Source of the DNA: a virus
IMG/VR virus record: IMGVR_UViG_3300007640_000027
Strand: one strand, 5' to 3'
Length of the DNA stretch: 64,000 nucleotides
The first letter of the stretch is position 1. Every line of letters starts with the position of its first letter. Position numbers and translations under genes: made by a program. Below are positions 51,991-61,970 of the stretch, in pieces. The notes below the pieces were generated by a model. That model did no database searches. It saw only the letters and a program-made list of their open reading frames with translations, and had not been told where the DNA came from.

Positions 51991-52662
51991 ATGAAAATTA
52001 TAATTACTGAAGAACAGAATAAATTGTTGATTGAAAGTGATATTTCTCAAAAAATTAACAACGCATATAAATCATCTCAAGAATACTTAAAAAATCTTCT
52101 TAAACACGTTGGTGGTCAATTAATTAATACACACATAAGATTTTTACTAACCTATGGTGCCGGTATTTCAGGGTTAATAAGAACAGTAGAAGAAGGTTTA
52201 ATAGGTAAATATTCACACTTAACATCTGAAGAGGTGACATTAATCGCCATCGCATCCATTTTCAGTGTATTTTATTCTTATAAAGATGTCAGTAATTTAT
52301 TTAAAAGAATAAAAAAACTCGGTGTTGAAGACGCATTTTTTGATGGTATTAGATATGTTGAAGGTATTAAAAAGAAATATTATATTCTTTTAAAGACATT
52401 GGGTTTAAGTGTACATAGAGGGGCAGATTTTGTGGCCTATGCTAATTTTTTACCAGTTCTAAGAATCTTGGTTGATATAATTAGTAATCACGGAATTAAT
52501 TCAGACCAAGTTGATATATTTTTCCAAACAGTACCAACTACCTTAGCGATAAATATGGTAGGTATTGCCGCTAAAGATTTTTTTGATTTCTTAGCTGAAA
52601 AAATTTACGAAAAACGCGAAGAAATGAATAATCAGGATGATATCCTTCCTCAAGAGGTCTGA
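51991..52662 (+). CDS. Hypothetical protein (IIITEEQ leader)
   Basis: ORF; TATTTATT upstream. Confidence 0.65.
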   Translation: MKIIITEEQNKLLIESDISQKINNAYKSSQEYLKNLLKHVGGQLINTHIRFLLTYGAGISGLIRTVEEGLIGKYSHLTSEEVTLIAIASIFSVFYSYKDVSNLFKRIKKLGVEDAFFDGIRYVEGIKKKYYILLKTLGLSVHRGADFVAYANFLPVLRILVDIISNHGINSDQVDIFFQTVPTTLAINMVGIAAKDFFDFLAEKIYEKREEMNNQDDILPQEV

Positions 52663-52886
52663 TTTTTAAATCATTTATAATATATTTCCTTAATGAAAAT
52701 TCCGCCTCTTCTAATGAATTATTCTGTTGATATTTGTGTGGGATATTTTCAGAAGTGAAAATAATTTTTATTCCTTTTCTATATCTCTTTTTTATAATAA
52801 AGAGTCTATTACCTCTTTCGTCTGTATTTTCAAAAATTACAAATTTTTTTAATACTTTAGTTGGTAAATCATCAAACTTAACCATA

Positions 52887-53210
52887 TTAAACGAAATTAA
52901 ATTGTTCATCAACTAAATAGTAAACTACCCCCATTGAGTAATATAATATCTTATTACCGTTATCGGTTAGTTGTTTACTAATTTCAATCAACTTAGATTT
53001 GTCAGTAATTTTTACACCTACTATTTTTTTACCACCAACAACTTTAAGTGTTTTATTTGTATTAATTATTGGTTCAGGAACGGTGAAATGTTCAAGAATA
53101 TTTTTTATAAGATCTGATTTTTTTGAAGATAAAGGTAGTTTATGTTTTTTACATATATACCTCAGTTCAATTACTGTTTTTTTATCTAAATCTGTTTTAC
53201 TATAAGACAT
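52887..53210 (-). CDS. SAP-domain DNA-binding protein
   Basis: LDKKTVIELRYICKKHKLPLSSKKSDLIKNI. Confidence 0.65.
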   Translation of the reverse strand: MSYSKTDLDKKTVIELRYICKKHKLPLSSKKSDLIKNILEHFTVPEPIINTNKTLKVVGGKKIVGVKITDKSKLIEISKQLTDNGNKILYYSMGVVYYLVDEQFNFV

Positions 53211-53243
53211 AAAGATTAGATTTATTTAAAATAAATACGAAAA

Positions 53244-53966
53244 TTAATCTTCCAAGTCAAGTGATTTTCTAAGACGTTCTATTTCCTGTTTAATCTCCTC
53301 ATCTCTATCCATAGAGTCTTGTCTGGTTTCAAAATCTTTGTATTTTCTTGACTTATCACTATATATACCACCTGTTTTATATGCTTTTTGGTGTTGACCT
53401 CCGTGTTCCAAACCCTTTTCTAATTCCACTAATCTCTTATGAACTTCTTTCATTGATTTTTCAACATCATTAAATGATTTAAGATCACTTAAAATAATAA
53501 TGTCTGACAAATATTCAGGTAAATCATAATCCACAACATCTGTTGGATCTCCGTATAACTTAGACTCATTCACTTTATTAGTATCGGCAAGATTATATTG
53601 AACATAAAAAGTCATATTCAGATCGTTACCTGCTCTGACAAACTGGTAGTTTACTGTTTCTAAAAAAGTAGTAAAAAAGGATAAACTTGATTTATCCTTA
53701 GTAAGACTTATTTTTCCCTCTTTTGTTATCTGAATTTCACTTATATTTTCCTCTAAAAGACTTTCACTAGTTATTATTGCTTCATTTAGTGTTCTTGTAC
53801 TATTTGTCGGTAGTGAGGATATGCCTATTTTAACAAGAAAGTATATTTTATCGGGTTCATCATTTATTGATATCATTATTACGTCAATATCACTTATGTT
53901 ATTTATATTAACTAAGTTCATAGTCAAATATGACTTTAATACCCTTTTTATTTTATCTTTATCCAT
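53244..53966 (-). CDS. Hypothetical protein
   Basis: ORF track. Confidence 0.6.
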   Translation of the reverse strand: MDKDKIKRVLKSYLTMNLVNINNISDIDVIMISINDEPDKIYFLVKIGISSLPTNSTRTLNEAIITSESLLEENISEIQITKEGKISLTKDKSSLSFFTTFLETVNYQFVRAGNDLNMTFYVQYNLADTNKVNESKLYGDPTDVVDYDLPEYLSDIIILSDLKSFNDVEKSMKEVHKRLVELEKGLEHGGQHQKAYKTGGIYSDKSRKYKDFETRQDSMDRDEEIKQEIERLRKSLDLED

Positions 53967-54789
53967 AATATTCTTTATATTTTTGTGTTAAAAATTCAGT
54001 GATATCTTTAATATCATCATCATCTAAACCACTTTTCCATTTATTTCTTTGAAACCAATCATAAATAACCTCATAAGGCGGTTTATTCCTTAATTTGACT
54101 ATTCTTCTAAACCCTTTAATTTGTGCAGGTATTTCCCACGGTTGTTTATAATATTCAATGTCTTTTGGCTCTTCATATCCTTTATCATCCGGCATCTTTT
54201 CAGGTAAATCATATTCTTGTTGATAAATATGCTCAAGTTCGTGTCTTACAATATCATTTAAGTCTGCCAATAAATCATAAAGTAACTGAGGATACTTATT
54301 TCTGTTTATTTTTAAAGATATAAAAATGGTATCATTATCACTTAATGTGCTCCCATCTAATTGATAATCTTGTTTCATAAAATCATCAAAATTCAATTGA
54401 AAAATTACCGAAAAATAAGGTACATTTTTGGCTTTACCTTCAAATGAATATCCGGCCTCCATTTGACCAACATCTTCAGGTAAATAAAATTCACCTTCTT
54501 CTTGTTTTTTTATTAAAAACATTAAATCTCTGGTTATCTTTCTAACTGGTCCATCAGTAACACTACCCTCTTCTAATATTCTGGATTCTTTAAGATCACC
54601 GATTGTTTGAAATGATAACTCCTTGGCCACGTTTTCTGGAGTTTCTTCTTCATAAAACCCAGTCTTTATTCTAAAGTAATTTTTTTTCGCTAATGAACGA
54701 GCATATTTTTCTGAATTGACACTATTGGTTATCAACTCAATTACTCCATCATAATAATCTTCAAATTCAGTTTTGTTCATTACTTTCAA
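53959..54789 (-). CDS. HExxH (zincin-like) domain protein
   Basis: VRHELEHIYQ...YYKQPWEIPA. Confidence 0.65.
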   Translation of the reverse strand: MKVMNKTEFEDYYDGVIELITNSVNSEKYARSLAKKNYFRIKTGFYEEETPENVAKELSFQTIGDLKESRILEEGSVTDGPVRKITRDLMFLIKKQEEGEFYLPEDVGQMEAGYSFEGKAKNVPYFSVIFQLNFDDFMKQDYQLDGSTLSDNDTIFISLKINRNKYPQLLYDLLADLNDIVRHELEHIYQQEYDLPEKMPDDKGYEEPKDIEYYKQPWEIPAQIKGFRRIVKLRNKPPYEVIYDWFQRNKWKSGLDDDDIKDITEFLTQKYKEYYG

Positions 54790-55255
54790 ATTCTTTTTCT
54801 ACTGTAATATTATTAATTATTAATGAAAAATCACCCATATTTATAAATTGTTTGAATTGATCAAAATCTTCCTTTATCTGTTTGGAAAATAAATCATAAG
54901 ATAAATTTTCATAAAACTTAGGATCTTTTTCATTCACCCCCGTCATTGCAGAAATCGTTTTTTTTCTAATCAATTCATTAATTGCATTTGCAAATTTTTC
55001 ATTATCAAATTTAATACTATCAAAAACAACATCACAAACTAAAAAGGGTTTTGGTTCACCTACACTTATAAGTGCTTTAAATGATTTTGGAATTAATTTA
55101 TATTCACCGCTGACACTTTCAGTTGTATAAAAAAATTTATAATTCCCATCAAATTTAAATGTGTGATTTTTTAAGAATTTAATAGACTTGGCATATTTTT
55201 TTGGTGCCTCATCAACCATACTCTTCATATCACCCCATTCTTTATCAAAATCCAT
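54767..55255 (-). CDS. Hypothetical protein
   Basis: ORF; TATTTATA upstream. Confidence 0.6.
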   Translation of the reverse strand: MDFDKEWGDMKSMVDEAPKKYAKSIKFLKNHTFKFDGNYKFFYTTESVSGEYKLIPKSFKALISVGEPKPFLVCDVVFDSIKFDNEKFANAINELIRKKTISAMTGVNEKDPKFYENLSYDLFSKQIKEDFDQFKQFINMGDFSLIINNITVEKEFESNEQN

Positions 55256-55293
55256 TTTACTTAGTCTTTTTATATAAATATGTTAATCATCAA

Positions 55294-56136
55294 TTAAAAA
55301 GATTTCAACATTTCAATTAATCCGTCATATGGATAAACGTCTGTTTTATCTTTTCTATAATTGGTATGTGACCAAACACCACCGTGACCTTCATTTGCTC
55401 TTTCTTGATATTCAAATGCGTTCCAATCACCTCTTTTTACGTCCATATATGTTCTCAATGCATATTTGGTATTTCTTCCATTTAACCCATCTTCTTCCAA
55501 CCTTTTACCATCAATTCCCGTATATCCTTTTGAATTTAAAAATTGTTGGATATCTAACACTTCCATATTTTCAACATTCCTTTTCTTTTTTTCAAAGACT
55601 TCATTTAAACCCCAACACAAGCCAATGTTAAATTCTTTAGATAATTTTGTTAAGAGAAATGCCAAAGATGAAAGTTGTTTATCGGTATATTTTTGATAGT
55701 ATCTATAACCTCTGAAATTTTTTCCGAGGTCCACCACATCTTTTTCTTCTATTTTTGAATTTACATATGTAAAATATTCACCATCGGTTGTTCTGGTAAG
55801 GGGTCCGTAGTTACAAATTTCAATTCCTATGGATTGTTTATTTAGTTGGGTGTTATTTGAGTTTTTGGTCCCCAAGTGATGTGCCCAATTTTCTAATGGC
55901 ATTGCTTGATAAATGACCCCGTCCCATTTTTCATCACCTTCTCTTGATTTTCCTCCGATTACATAATGGGTTGCAACTTTTAATGGTTTCCCTCCTTTTG
56001 ATTTATCTTTATCCCACGACGATATTACCCAATCAGGTCTATGACTACCAGCGGTGTGGTGAAGTACGATTGTTGTTTTTTCTGATGTTGTGGTGAAATA
56101 TTCATCTTCTGGTAATAATTTTTCAAAAATTCTCAT
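55294..56136 (-). CDS. N-acetylmuramoyl-L-alanine amidase (Amidase_2 endolysin) with inserted peptidoglycan-binding domain
   Basis: IVLHHTAG, WAHHLG, SIGIEICN, SHTNYRKDKTD; IQQFLN...EDGLNGRNTKYAL insert. Confidence 0.85.
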   Translation of the reverse strand: MRIFEKLLPEDEYFTTTSEKTTIVLHHTAGSHRPDWVISSWDKDKSKGGKPLKVATHYVIGGKSREGDEKWDGVIYQAMPLENWAHHLGTKNSNNTQLNKQSIGIEICNYGPLTRTTDGEYFTYVNSKIEEKDVVDLGKNFRGYRYYQKYTDKQLSSLAFLLTKLSKEFNIGLCWGLNEVFEKKKRNVENMEVLDIQQFLNSKGYTGIDGKRLEEDGLNGRNTKYALRTYMDVKRGDWNAFEYQERANEGHGGVWSHTNYRKDKTDVYPYDGLIEMLKSF

Positions 56137-56224
56137 TTAATGTTAGTTTTGTATTTATTTTTTCTATAAATATTGAAACTATTAGTTTGATTGCTTGGTC
56201 AGTCATTACAAAAAACATTTTATT

Positions 56225-56806
56225 ATGAAGATATTTTTAAATTTATTGGCAGTATTGGTTTTTACGTTTGCCTTTGCTCAAGAAAACGTAACATATCAAA
56301 ACCCCTTATTCTGTATTGAGTATTCTCAAGAATTCAAACAACCTTTAGAAATCAGTTATCGTGTATTGTGTCCGAATGGTGATGCGAGCAGAAGTGGTAT
56401 GGACTTTTATACCAACGATACCATTATAACAACCACAGATGAGGACTATTATAAAAATATATGGGACAAAGGTCATATGGTACCCGCAAATGCAATGTCT
56501 TGCAACAAAGAGATGTTATATGAGACTTTTACTTATGTGAATTGTGCGTTGCAGCATGAAAAATTAAACAGGGGGGTATGGAATCAATTGGAACAAGTGG
56601 AGATCGCATTGGCAAGGTTATATCCAAATGTATATGTGACCATAAAAGTGGATGTGGATGAAGATTGTAAGAGCATGAAAAGTGGTGCAAAAATTCCAAG
56701 AGGATTTTATAAGACCATTACATTTGACAATTCCACTTTTGTTTTTTATTTTCCAAACAAAGACACATCAGGTACAGATTGGAACAATTATTTATTAAGA
56801 AGATGA
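56225..56806 (+). CDS. Secreted DNA/RNA non-specific endonuclease (NucA/EndoG family)
   Basis: Signal peptide; DKGHMVPA, NCALQHEKLNRGVWNQLE, IPRGFYK. Confidence 0.9.
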   Translation: MKIFLNLLAVLVFTFAFAQENVTYQNPLFCIEYSQEFKQPLEISYRVLCPNGDASRSGMDFYTNDTIITTTDEDYYKNIWDKGHMVPANAMSCNKEMLYETFTYVNCALQHEKLNRGVWNQLEQVEIALARLYPNVYVTIKVDVDEDCKSMKSGAKIPRGFYKTITFDNSTFVFYFPNKDTSGTDWNNYLLRR

Positions 56807-57210
56807 ACTTACACGAAATGGAACTTATCACCACCCATCCTGTTAAGAAACAGGATCTCGGATTTCACGGAAATTTATTTGGGGGAACTTTATTGTCGTG
56901 GATTGACTCCTCGGCTGCGTCTTATGCAATTCAAGTGTGTGACACCCCAAGGATGGTCACCCTTAAAATTGACGAATGCCTTTTTCAACGACCCGCAAAG
57001 GAAGGTCAGTTATTAAAAATCTATGCAAAAGTGTTGAAATTTGGTAGAACTTCAATTACCATATATTTGGAAGCACGATCTCACAATGTATATTCGGGAC
57101 AACAAAATGTGGTGTTAAAAACAAATATTACATTTGTTCGGATTGATGAACAAGGGGATCCGGTTCCAATCTCTGAAAGAGTTAAAGAAAAGTATATAAA
57201 TCAAAATTAA
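56803..57210 (+). CDS. Acyl-CoA thioesterase (HotDog, YciA-like)
   Basis: HGNLFGGTLLSWID, FGRTSI, TFVRIDEQGDP. Confidence 0.9.
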   Translation: MNLHEMELITTHPVKKQDLGFHGNLFGGTLLSWIDSSAASYAIQVCDTPRMVTLKIDECLFQRPAKEGQLLKIYAKVLKFGRTSITIYLEARSHNVYSGQQNVVLKTNITFVRIDEQGDPVPISERVKEKYINQN

Positions 57211-57220
57211 ATATAATCAA

Positions 57221-57649
57221 ATGAAAGTAGAAAACGGAAGTAAAGTAAAAGTTCATTACATCGGGACTTTAAATGACGGTGTGGAATTTGACAACTCATA
57301 TAAGCGAGGTAATACCTTGAATTTTGAGGTTGGTCAAGGACAAATGATCAAAGGATTTGAAGATTCTGTAATGGGTATGGAACAAGGAGATAAGAAATCG
57401 GTAACGATTGCTCCTGAGAATGCATATGGAACTCGTATGGATGAAGCAATCACGGAGGTAGATAAGGCAAATTTCCCACCTGATTTCGTTGTTGAAATCG
57501 GAGCAATGGTTCAAGGTCAAACTGAACAAGGAATGCCGATCCAAGCAAAAATCCTTGAAGAAAAAGAAAACTCAATTGTTTTGGACCTTAACCACCCTCT
57601 TGCAGGAAAAGAATTAAATTTTGAAATTGAGTTGGTGGAATTGAATTAA
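57221..57649 (+). CDS. FKBP-type peptidyl-prolyl isomerase (SlyD/SlpA-like)
   Basis: VHYIGTL.DG.EFDNS, MIKGFE, PENAYG, DLNHPLAGKELNF. Confidence 0.93.
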   Translation: MKVENGSKVKVHYIGTLNDGVEFDNSYKRGNTLNFEVGQGQMIKGFEDSVMGMEQGDKKSVTIAPENAYGTRMDEAITEVDKANFPPDFVVEIGAMVQGQTEQGMPIQAKILEEKENSIVLDLNHPLAGKELNFEIELVELN

Positions 57650-57679
57650 TTTTTTATATTTGTCAAAAATATAATCATC

Positions 57680-58180
57680 ATGGGAACAAATTATTACAGA
57701 GTACCAAAAGTAAGTGAGATTAACTCTCGTTACCAAAAACTAAATCAACGGTTTCAAGAAATGAACATATGGGATACATCTTTAATCTTTGATAAGTTCC
57801 GTTTCATTGAGAACCCCGAAGATGAGTGGTCACCACTTAGTCCGTGGGATGAATTCGTAGATGGTATGAAGATTCACTTAGGTAAGCGAAGTGGTGGTTG
57901 GAAGTTCTGTTGGAATTTCCATAATGGTAAATATTACAACACAAAAGAAGAACTTTTAAACTTCATCAGGAAGGGTAGGGTCGTTGATGAGTATGGTGAA
58001 CAGATTGATGTTGAAGAGTTCATTGAGATGGCACTTAATTGGGGTCAACCCGATGGTTTGGTGGCTGATAAAGAATACTTTGATAAAACTCAACATCATA
58101 GTTGGATGTCAAACCCTGAAGATTATTATGACAAAGAAATTGAAGGACTTAGAGTATCAAGTTCAACAGAGTTCAGTTAA
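57680..58180 (+). CDS. Hypothetical phage protein (early)
   Basis: MGTNYY...IHLGKRSGGWKF; TATATTTG upstream. Confidence 0.7.
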   Translation: MGTNYYRVPKVSEINSRYQKLNQRFQEMNIWDTSLIFDKFRFIENPEDEWSPLSPWDEFVDGMKIHLGKRSGGWKFCWNFHNGKYYNTKEELLNFIRKGRVVDEYGEQIDVEEFIEMALNWGQPDGLVADKEYFDKTQHHSWMSNPEDYYDKEIEGLRVSSSTEFS

Positions 58181-58409
58181 GAATTCTTGGAGTTGGAGTT
58201 TTGATAATAATTCTGATTTGGGATATCCCGAAGAAGAAGAAGAAACAAAAAAACCTGATCTTGAAGATAAGTTTTAAAATTAATGATTATAGGTTGAGAC
58301 CAAAGGGGGCGATAGGGAAATTTTTACTTTCGTCCCTTTTTATTTTACCTGGTGGTTTTATTATATTATCTTTGATCATCATTTATAAAATCATAAAAAC
58401 TAAATTAAG

Positions 58410-59009
58410 ATGAAGAGACTATTTCCTTTTTATTATTTTGATGAAGAAACATTGGAATTCAAGAGAGTCAATCTAAGAACATTAATCTTGTTGTTTGGTA
58501 TTTCATTATTTGCCTCCATTTTGATCGTTCCATCAATATATAAAAGCAGCGTGATTAAGATTATGTATGCCGATTTTTATGAGCCAGAATCCGTTGTATT
58601 AAATGTGTCTGAATCCAAAAATGAGTTTAGTGAAGAAAAATTGATTGGTGTGTTAACGGATCTTAATATCAAGTTCCCTCATATTGTTTTGGCACAATCA
58701 AAGTTAGAAACAGGTCAATTCAAATCAAACATATTCAAAGAGAATCATAATTTGTTTGGAATGAAAGAGGCGAAAATCCGAGTCAATCTTGCAAAAGGAA
58801 CACAATATGGTCATGCGTTTTATAATAACTGGATTGAATCAGTATATGATTATGCATTTTACCAAAGCACATACCTTTCAAGAATTAAAACAGAAGAACA
58901 ATATTTTGAATATTTGGATCAATCTTATGCCGAAGCTGAGAATTATGTTGAAGCGTTAAAGGTAATTATTGAAAGAGAAAATCTTAAAGATGTGTTTGCG
59001 AACCGATGA
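58410..59009 (+). CDS. Membrane-anchored glucosaminidase (GH73/FlgJ-like)
   Basis: TM helix; LAQSKLETG, NHNLFGMK, SVYDY, YAEAENY. Confidence 0.8.
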   Translation: MKRLFPFYYFDEETLEFKRVNLRTLILLFGISLFASILIVPSIYKSSVIKIMYADFYEPESVVLNVSESKNEFSEEKLIGVLTDLNIKFPHIVLAQSKLETGQFKSNIFKENHNLFGMKEAKIRVNLAKGTQYGHAFYNNWIESVYDYAFYQSTYLSRIKTEEQYFEYLDQSYAEAENYVEALKVIIERENLKDVFANR

Positions 59010-59088
59010 TGTATTATGAAAAAAATATTTTATCATTTATGGTGGGATTAATTCAAAAAAAATGCTTATATTAGCCAAAAGGAAAAAA

Positions 59089-59781
59089 ATGAAACTCACG
59101 TTTATATCTGATACTCACACCAAACACGAACAGGTAACATCGTTTTTGCCTGGTGGTGATGTGATCATTCATGCTGGTGATGTTTCATCTATGGGATACA
59201 AGCACGAATTACAACAATTCCTTAAATGGTTCAATAACTTGGATAACTACACTCACAAGATTTTCATCGCAGGAAATCACGATTGGGGGTTTCAAGACAG
59301 TCCTACAATCTGCCAAGAACTTCTTGAGTCTTACGATAAGGTAACTTATCTTCAAGATAATTTGGAAGTGATCGGTGAGGACTATAACACCGCAGTTAAG
59401 GTATGGGGTTCTCCGTGGCAACCTGAATTTTTCAATTGGGCATTCAACCTACCACGAGCAGGTGAAGAACTCAAAGAGAAATGGGATATGATTCCGATGA
59501 ATATTGACATCCTTGTGACACACGGACCCGCATGGGGTCATTTGGATACCGTAATAGGTAACCCAATGAATTTGGGGTGTGAAGTATTAACTGAACGAAT
59601 TAATGTTGTTAAACCGAAGATACACGTGTTTGGACACATCCATAGTGGTTATGGTTATAAGTTTGACGGTGACACTCATTACTTCAACGCAGCAGCACTG
59701 AGTGAAAGATATAATTATGAAAACAAACCATTCAACGTTGAATGGGACCCTGAAACAAATGAAATAGAATTTTTAAATTAA
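59089..59781 (+). CDS. Calcineurin-like metallophosphoesterase
   Basis: SDTH, HAGD, AGNHD, VTHGP, FGHIH. Confidence 0.92.
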   Translation: MKLTFISDTHTKHEQVTSFLPGGDVIIHAGDVSSMGYKHELQQFLKWFNNLDNYTHKIFIAGNHDWGFQDSPTICQELLESYDKVTYLQDNLEVIGEDYNTAVKVWGSPWQPEFFNWAFNLPRAGEELKEKWDMIPMNIDILVTHGPAWGHLDTVIGNPMNLGCEVLTERINVVKPKIHVFGHIHSGYGYKFDGDTHYFNAAALSERYNYENKPFNVEWDPETNEIEFLN

Positions 59782-59787
59782 AACAAA

Positions 59788-60411
59788 ATGGCAAAGTACA
59801 AAATTGAATTTTATGGTTGGGAAATGAACGCAAACGCATATTCCCTTGATAACGAACAAGTAGAAGATATCCGTGAACTTATGGATGAAAATGGTGTTGA
59901 TGAACTATGGGAAATCCGTAGTGAAATGGAAGACCTCGGCATTGACATATGGGATGCTGGTGATCTGTTTGATCTATCAAAACCACTTTACAATGACACC
60001 TTTTGGGGTCAGGTAATAGATGAAAGTGGCAATGTTGTATTGAAAATTGAATACACAGATTTTGGTGATCTTTATGATAATATAGGTGATGATAACGAAA
60101 TTGAAGATAAATATCCTTATGAAAATTACGTTGCATTACCTGAGTTTTTGGATGACACCGACAATGTGTTGTTTGTTGTTGATGAGAACAAAGGTGGGTT
60201 GTTTGAATGTAGTTTTGAATCTGACGAAGAACCAAAAGCATCCGACTTCTCATTAATGGGGGGAACAATTGAAACACCTGAAGCCGAATGGGATTTTGTT
60301 TCACGAATTTTCTTTAAAGACCAAGAATTGGAGATTGAAGATTATTTGGATAATAATGGAAAAGCCGCAACAGTGGAAATATACACCAATGATGGTGAAA
60401 CAATAAGTTAA
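59788..60411 (+). CDS. Acidic hypothetical protein
   Basis: ORF track. Confidence 0.7.
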   Translation: MAKYKIEFYGWEMNANAYSLDNEQVEDIRELMDENGVDELWEIRSEMEDLGIDIWDAGDLFDLSKPLYNDTFWGQVIDESGNVVLKIEYTDFGDLYDNIGDDNEIEDKYPYENYVALPEFLDDTDNVLFVVDENKGGLFECSFESDEEPKASDFSLMGGTIETPEAEWDFVSRIFFKDQELEIEDYLDNNGKAATVEIYTNDGETIS

Positions 60412-60415
60412 GATT

Positions 60416-61006
60416 ATGTTATTAGATATTTTAACCGCAGCACTTACATTATTCGCCGTAATTGATATGGTCGGAAATATTCCCTTGATTATCAAGTTGA
60501 GAAAAGAACACGGAGAAATCAACTCGTTTCAAGGGACCGTCATATCTGCAACAATTATGATCGCAATATTACTCATCGGTGAAACGTTATTTAAACTGTT
60601 GGGCATTGAAACATTCCATTTCGGTCTGGCAGGTTCCTTCCTTATTTTATATTTTGGAGTGAAAATGGTATTAGGATTAGATGAAAGCAGCAAAAAACAA
60701 AAACAAGCAATCAAAGCAACCATCTTTCCAATCGCATTTCCCTTAATATCAGGACCCGGTACCTTAACCACCATTATGTCCTTACAAGCAGAATTCGGAA
60801 GTTATACGGTCATACCAGCCATATTTATAAACTCATTGGTGATTTATTTGGTCCTGAAATCAGCCTCGTGGATCCAAGATAAAATAGGAATAATGGGGAT
60901 CACCATAATGGAACGAGTTTTTGGAATTATATTGATCGCAATCGGAATGAAAATTTTATTACAAAACTTAATTTTAAGTATAAACTACGCAACCTTACAA
61001 ATTTAA
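60416..61006 (+). CDS. MarC-family membrane protein
   Basis: LFAVIDMVGNIP, FPIAFPLISGPG, ERVFGIIL; six TM segments. Confidence 0.9.
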   Translation: MLLDILTAALTLFAVIDMVGNIPLIIKLRKEHGEINSFQGTVISATIMIAILLIGETLFKLLGIETFHFGLAGSFLILYFGVKMVLGLDESSKKQKQAIKATIFPIAFPLISGPGTLTTIMSLQAEFGSYTVIPAIFINSLVIYLVLKSASWIQDKIGIMGITIMERVFGIILIAIGMKILLQNLILSINYATLQI

Positions 61007-61126
61007 TATTATGAACCTTCAAGATTTTATTTTTTCACTTTTATTTTTTATCTTAGCATCATTATCAGGAATTATTGTGACTGAGGCTTTTCGTTGGGGA
61101 TATAACAAAACAAAAAACAACAAAAA

Positions 61127-61393
61127 ATGACCGAACAATCACTTATTAATTTAAAATTTACAAAAAATTACGTAACCAAAGAAGAATCAGGTGCGGATCA
61201 GGATTTCTACTATTATACCCAAGAATTTGGAGACATTACACTGATCTCAAATGATAATTGGGACGCAGAAAAAACCACATGGGAAGTATCCATATTTGAT
61301 TCAGAAACACTAAAAATTACCGACCATAAGTATTTGGTATCACTATATAATGTCTTAAATCATAATACAATAAAAGATGAAATGGTTGATTGA
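61127..61393 (+). CDS. Hypothetical protein
   Basis: ORF track. Confidence 0.6.
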   Translation: MTEQSLINLKFTKNYVTKEESGADQDFYYYTQEFGDITLISNDNWDAEKTTWEVSIFDSETLKITDHKYLVSLYNVLNHNTIKDEMVD

Positions 61394-61688
61394 ATTTAAA
61401 AATAATGTCTTTTGCAAATCCACAAAATATAAAATCGTAAGAGAAACATTTTGGGGAGCAAAATCAGAAATTGGAGAACCACGATTTTATATAATGAAAC
61501 AGAAAAGGTTTTTAATATGGACTTGGTGGAGTTATGTAATTCATAAGGTGCACATTGAAAACGGCATCAAATTTGAAGCGATCCGATTTAAAACTTTACC
61601 AAATGCTGAGACTTATATTCATGAAGTTTTGAAAAAGAACAAACCAATTGATTCTGTTTTACGTATAGAACTATCAATTATTGAATAA
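61377..61688 (+). CDS. Hypothetical protein
   Basis: ORF track. Confidence 0.55.
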   Translation: MKWLIEFKNNVFCKSTKYKIVRETFWGAKSEIGEPRFYIMKQKRFLIWTWWSYVIHKVHIENGIKFEAIRFKTLPNAETYIHEVLKKNKPIDSVLRIELSIIE

Positions 61689-61693
61689 AAAAA

Positions 61694-61969
61694 ATGATTA
61701 CACTTAATTCAGGAGATGTTTTGGAAGATAATGGAAAGATTAAGAAAATCCATATCAATCAACATAATATCCGATCCAATAAAACAAAATACACGGATTT
61801 ACCTGTCATAACCATTAAAATTGGATCAAAGAATTATTATTGCAATCAAATTGAAATCATGGGACCATCCAAAATAAGTTATTGTGGTTCAGGAGATCAA
61901 AAACCCTTGATTAATTGCGGAGCAAGAGTTATAATGGAAACAACATCAGAAGTTAAAATTTTAGGATAA
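61694..61969 (+). CDS. Conserved phage hypothetical protein
   Basis: IHINQHNIRSN...PVITIK...PLINCGARV. Confidence 0.65.
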   Translation: MITLNSGDVLEDNGKIKKIHINQHNIRSNKTKYTDLPVITIKIGSKNYYCNQIEIMGPSKISYCGSGDQKPLINCGARVIMETTSEVKILG

Positions 61970-61970
61970 A

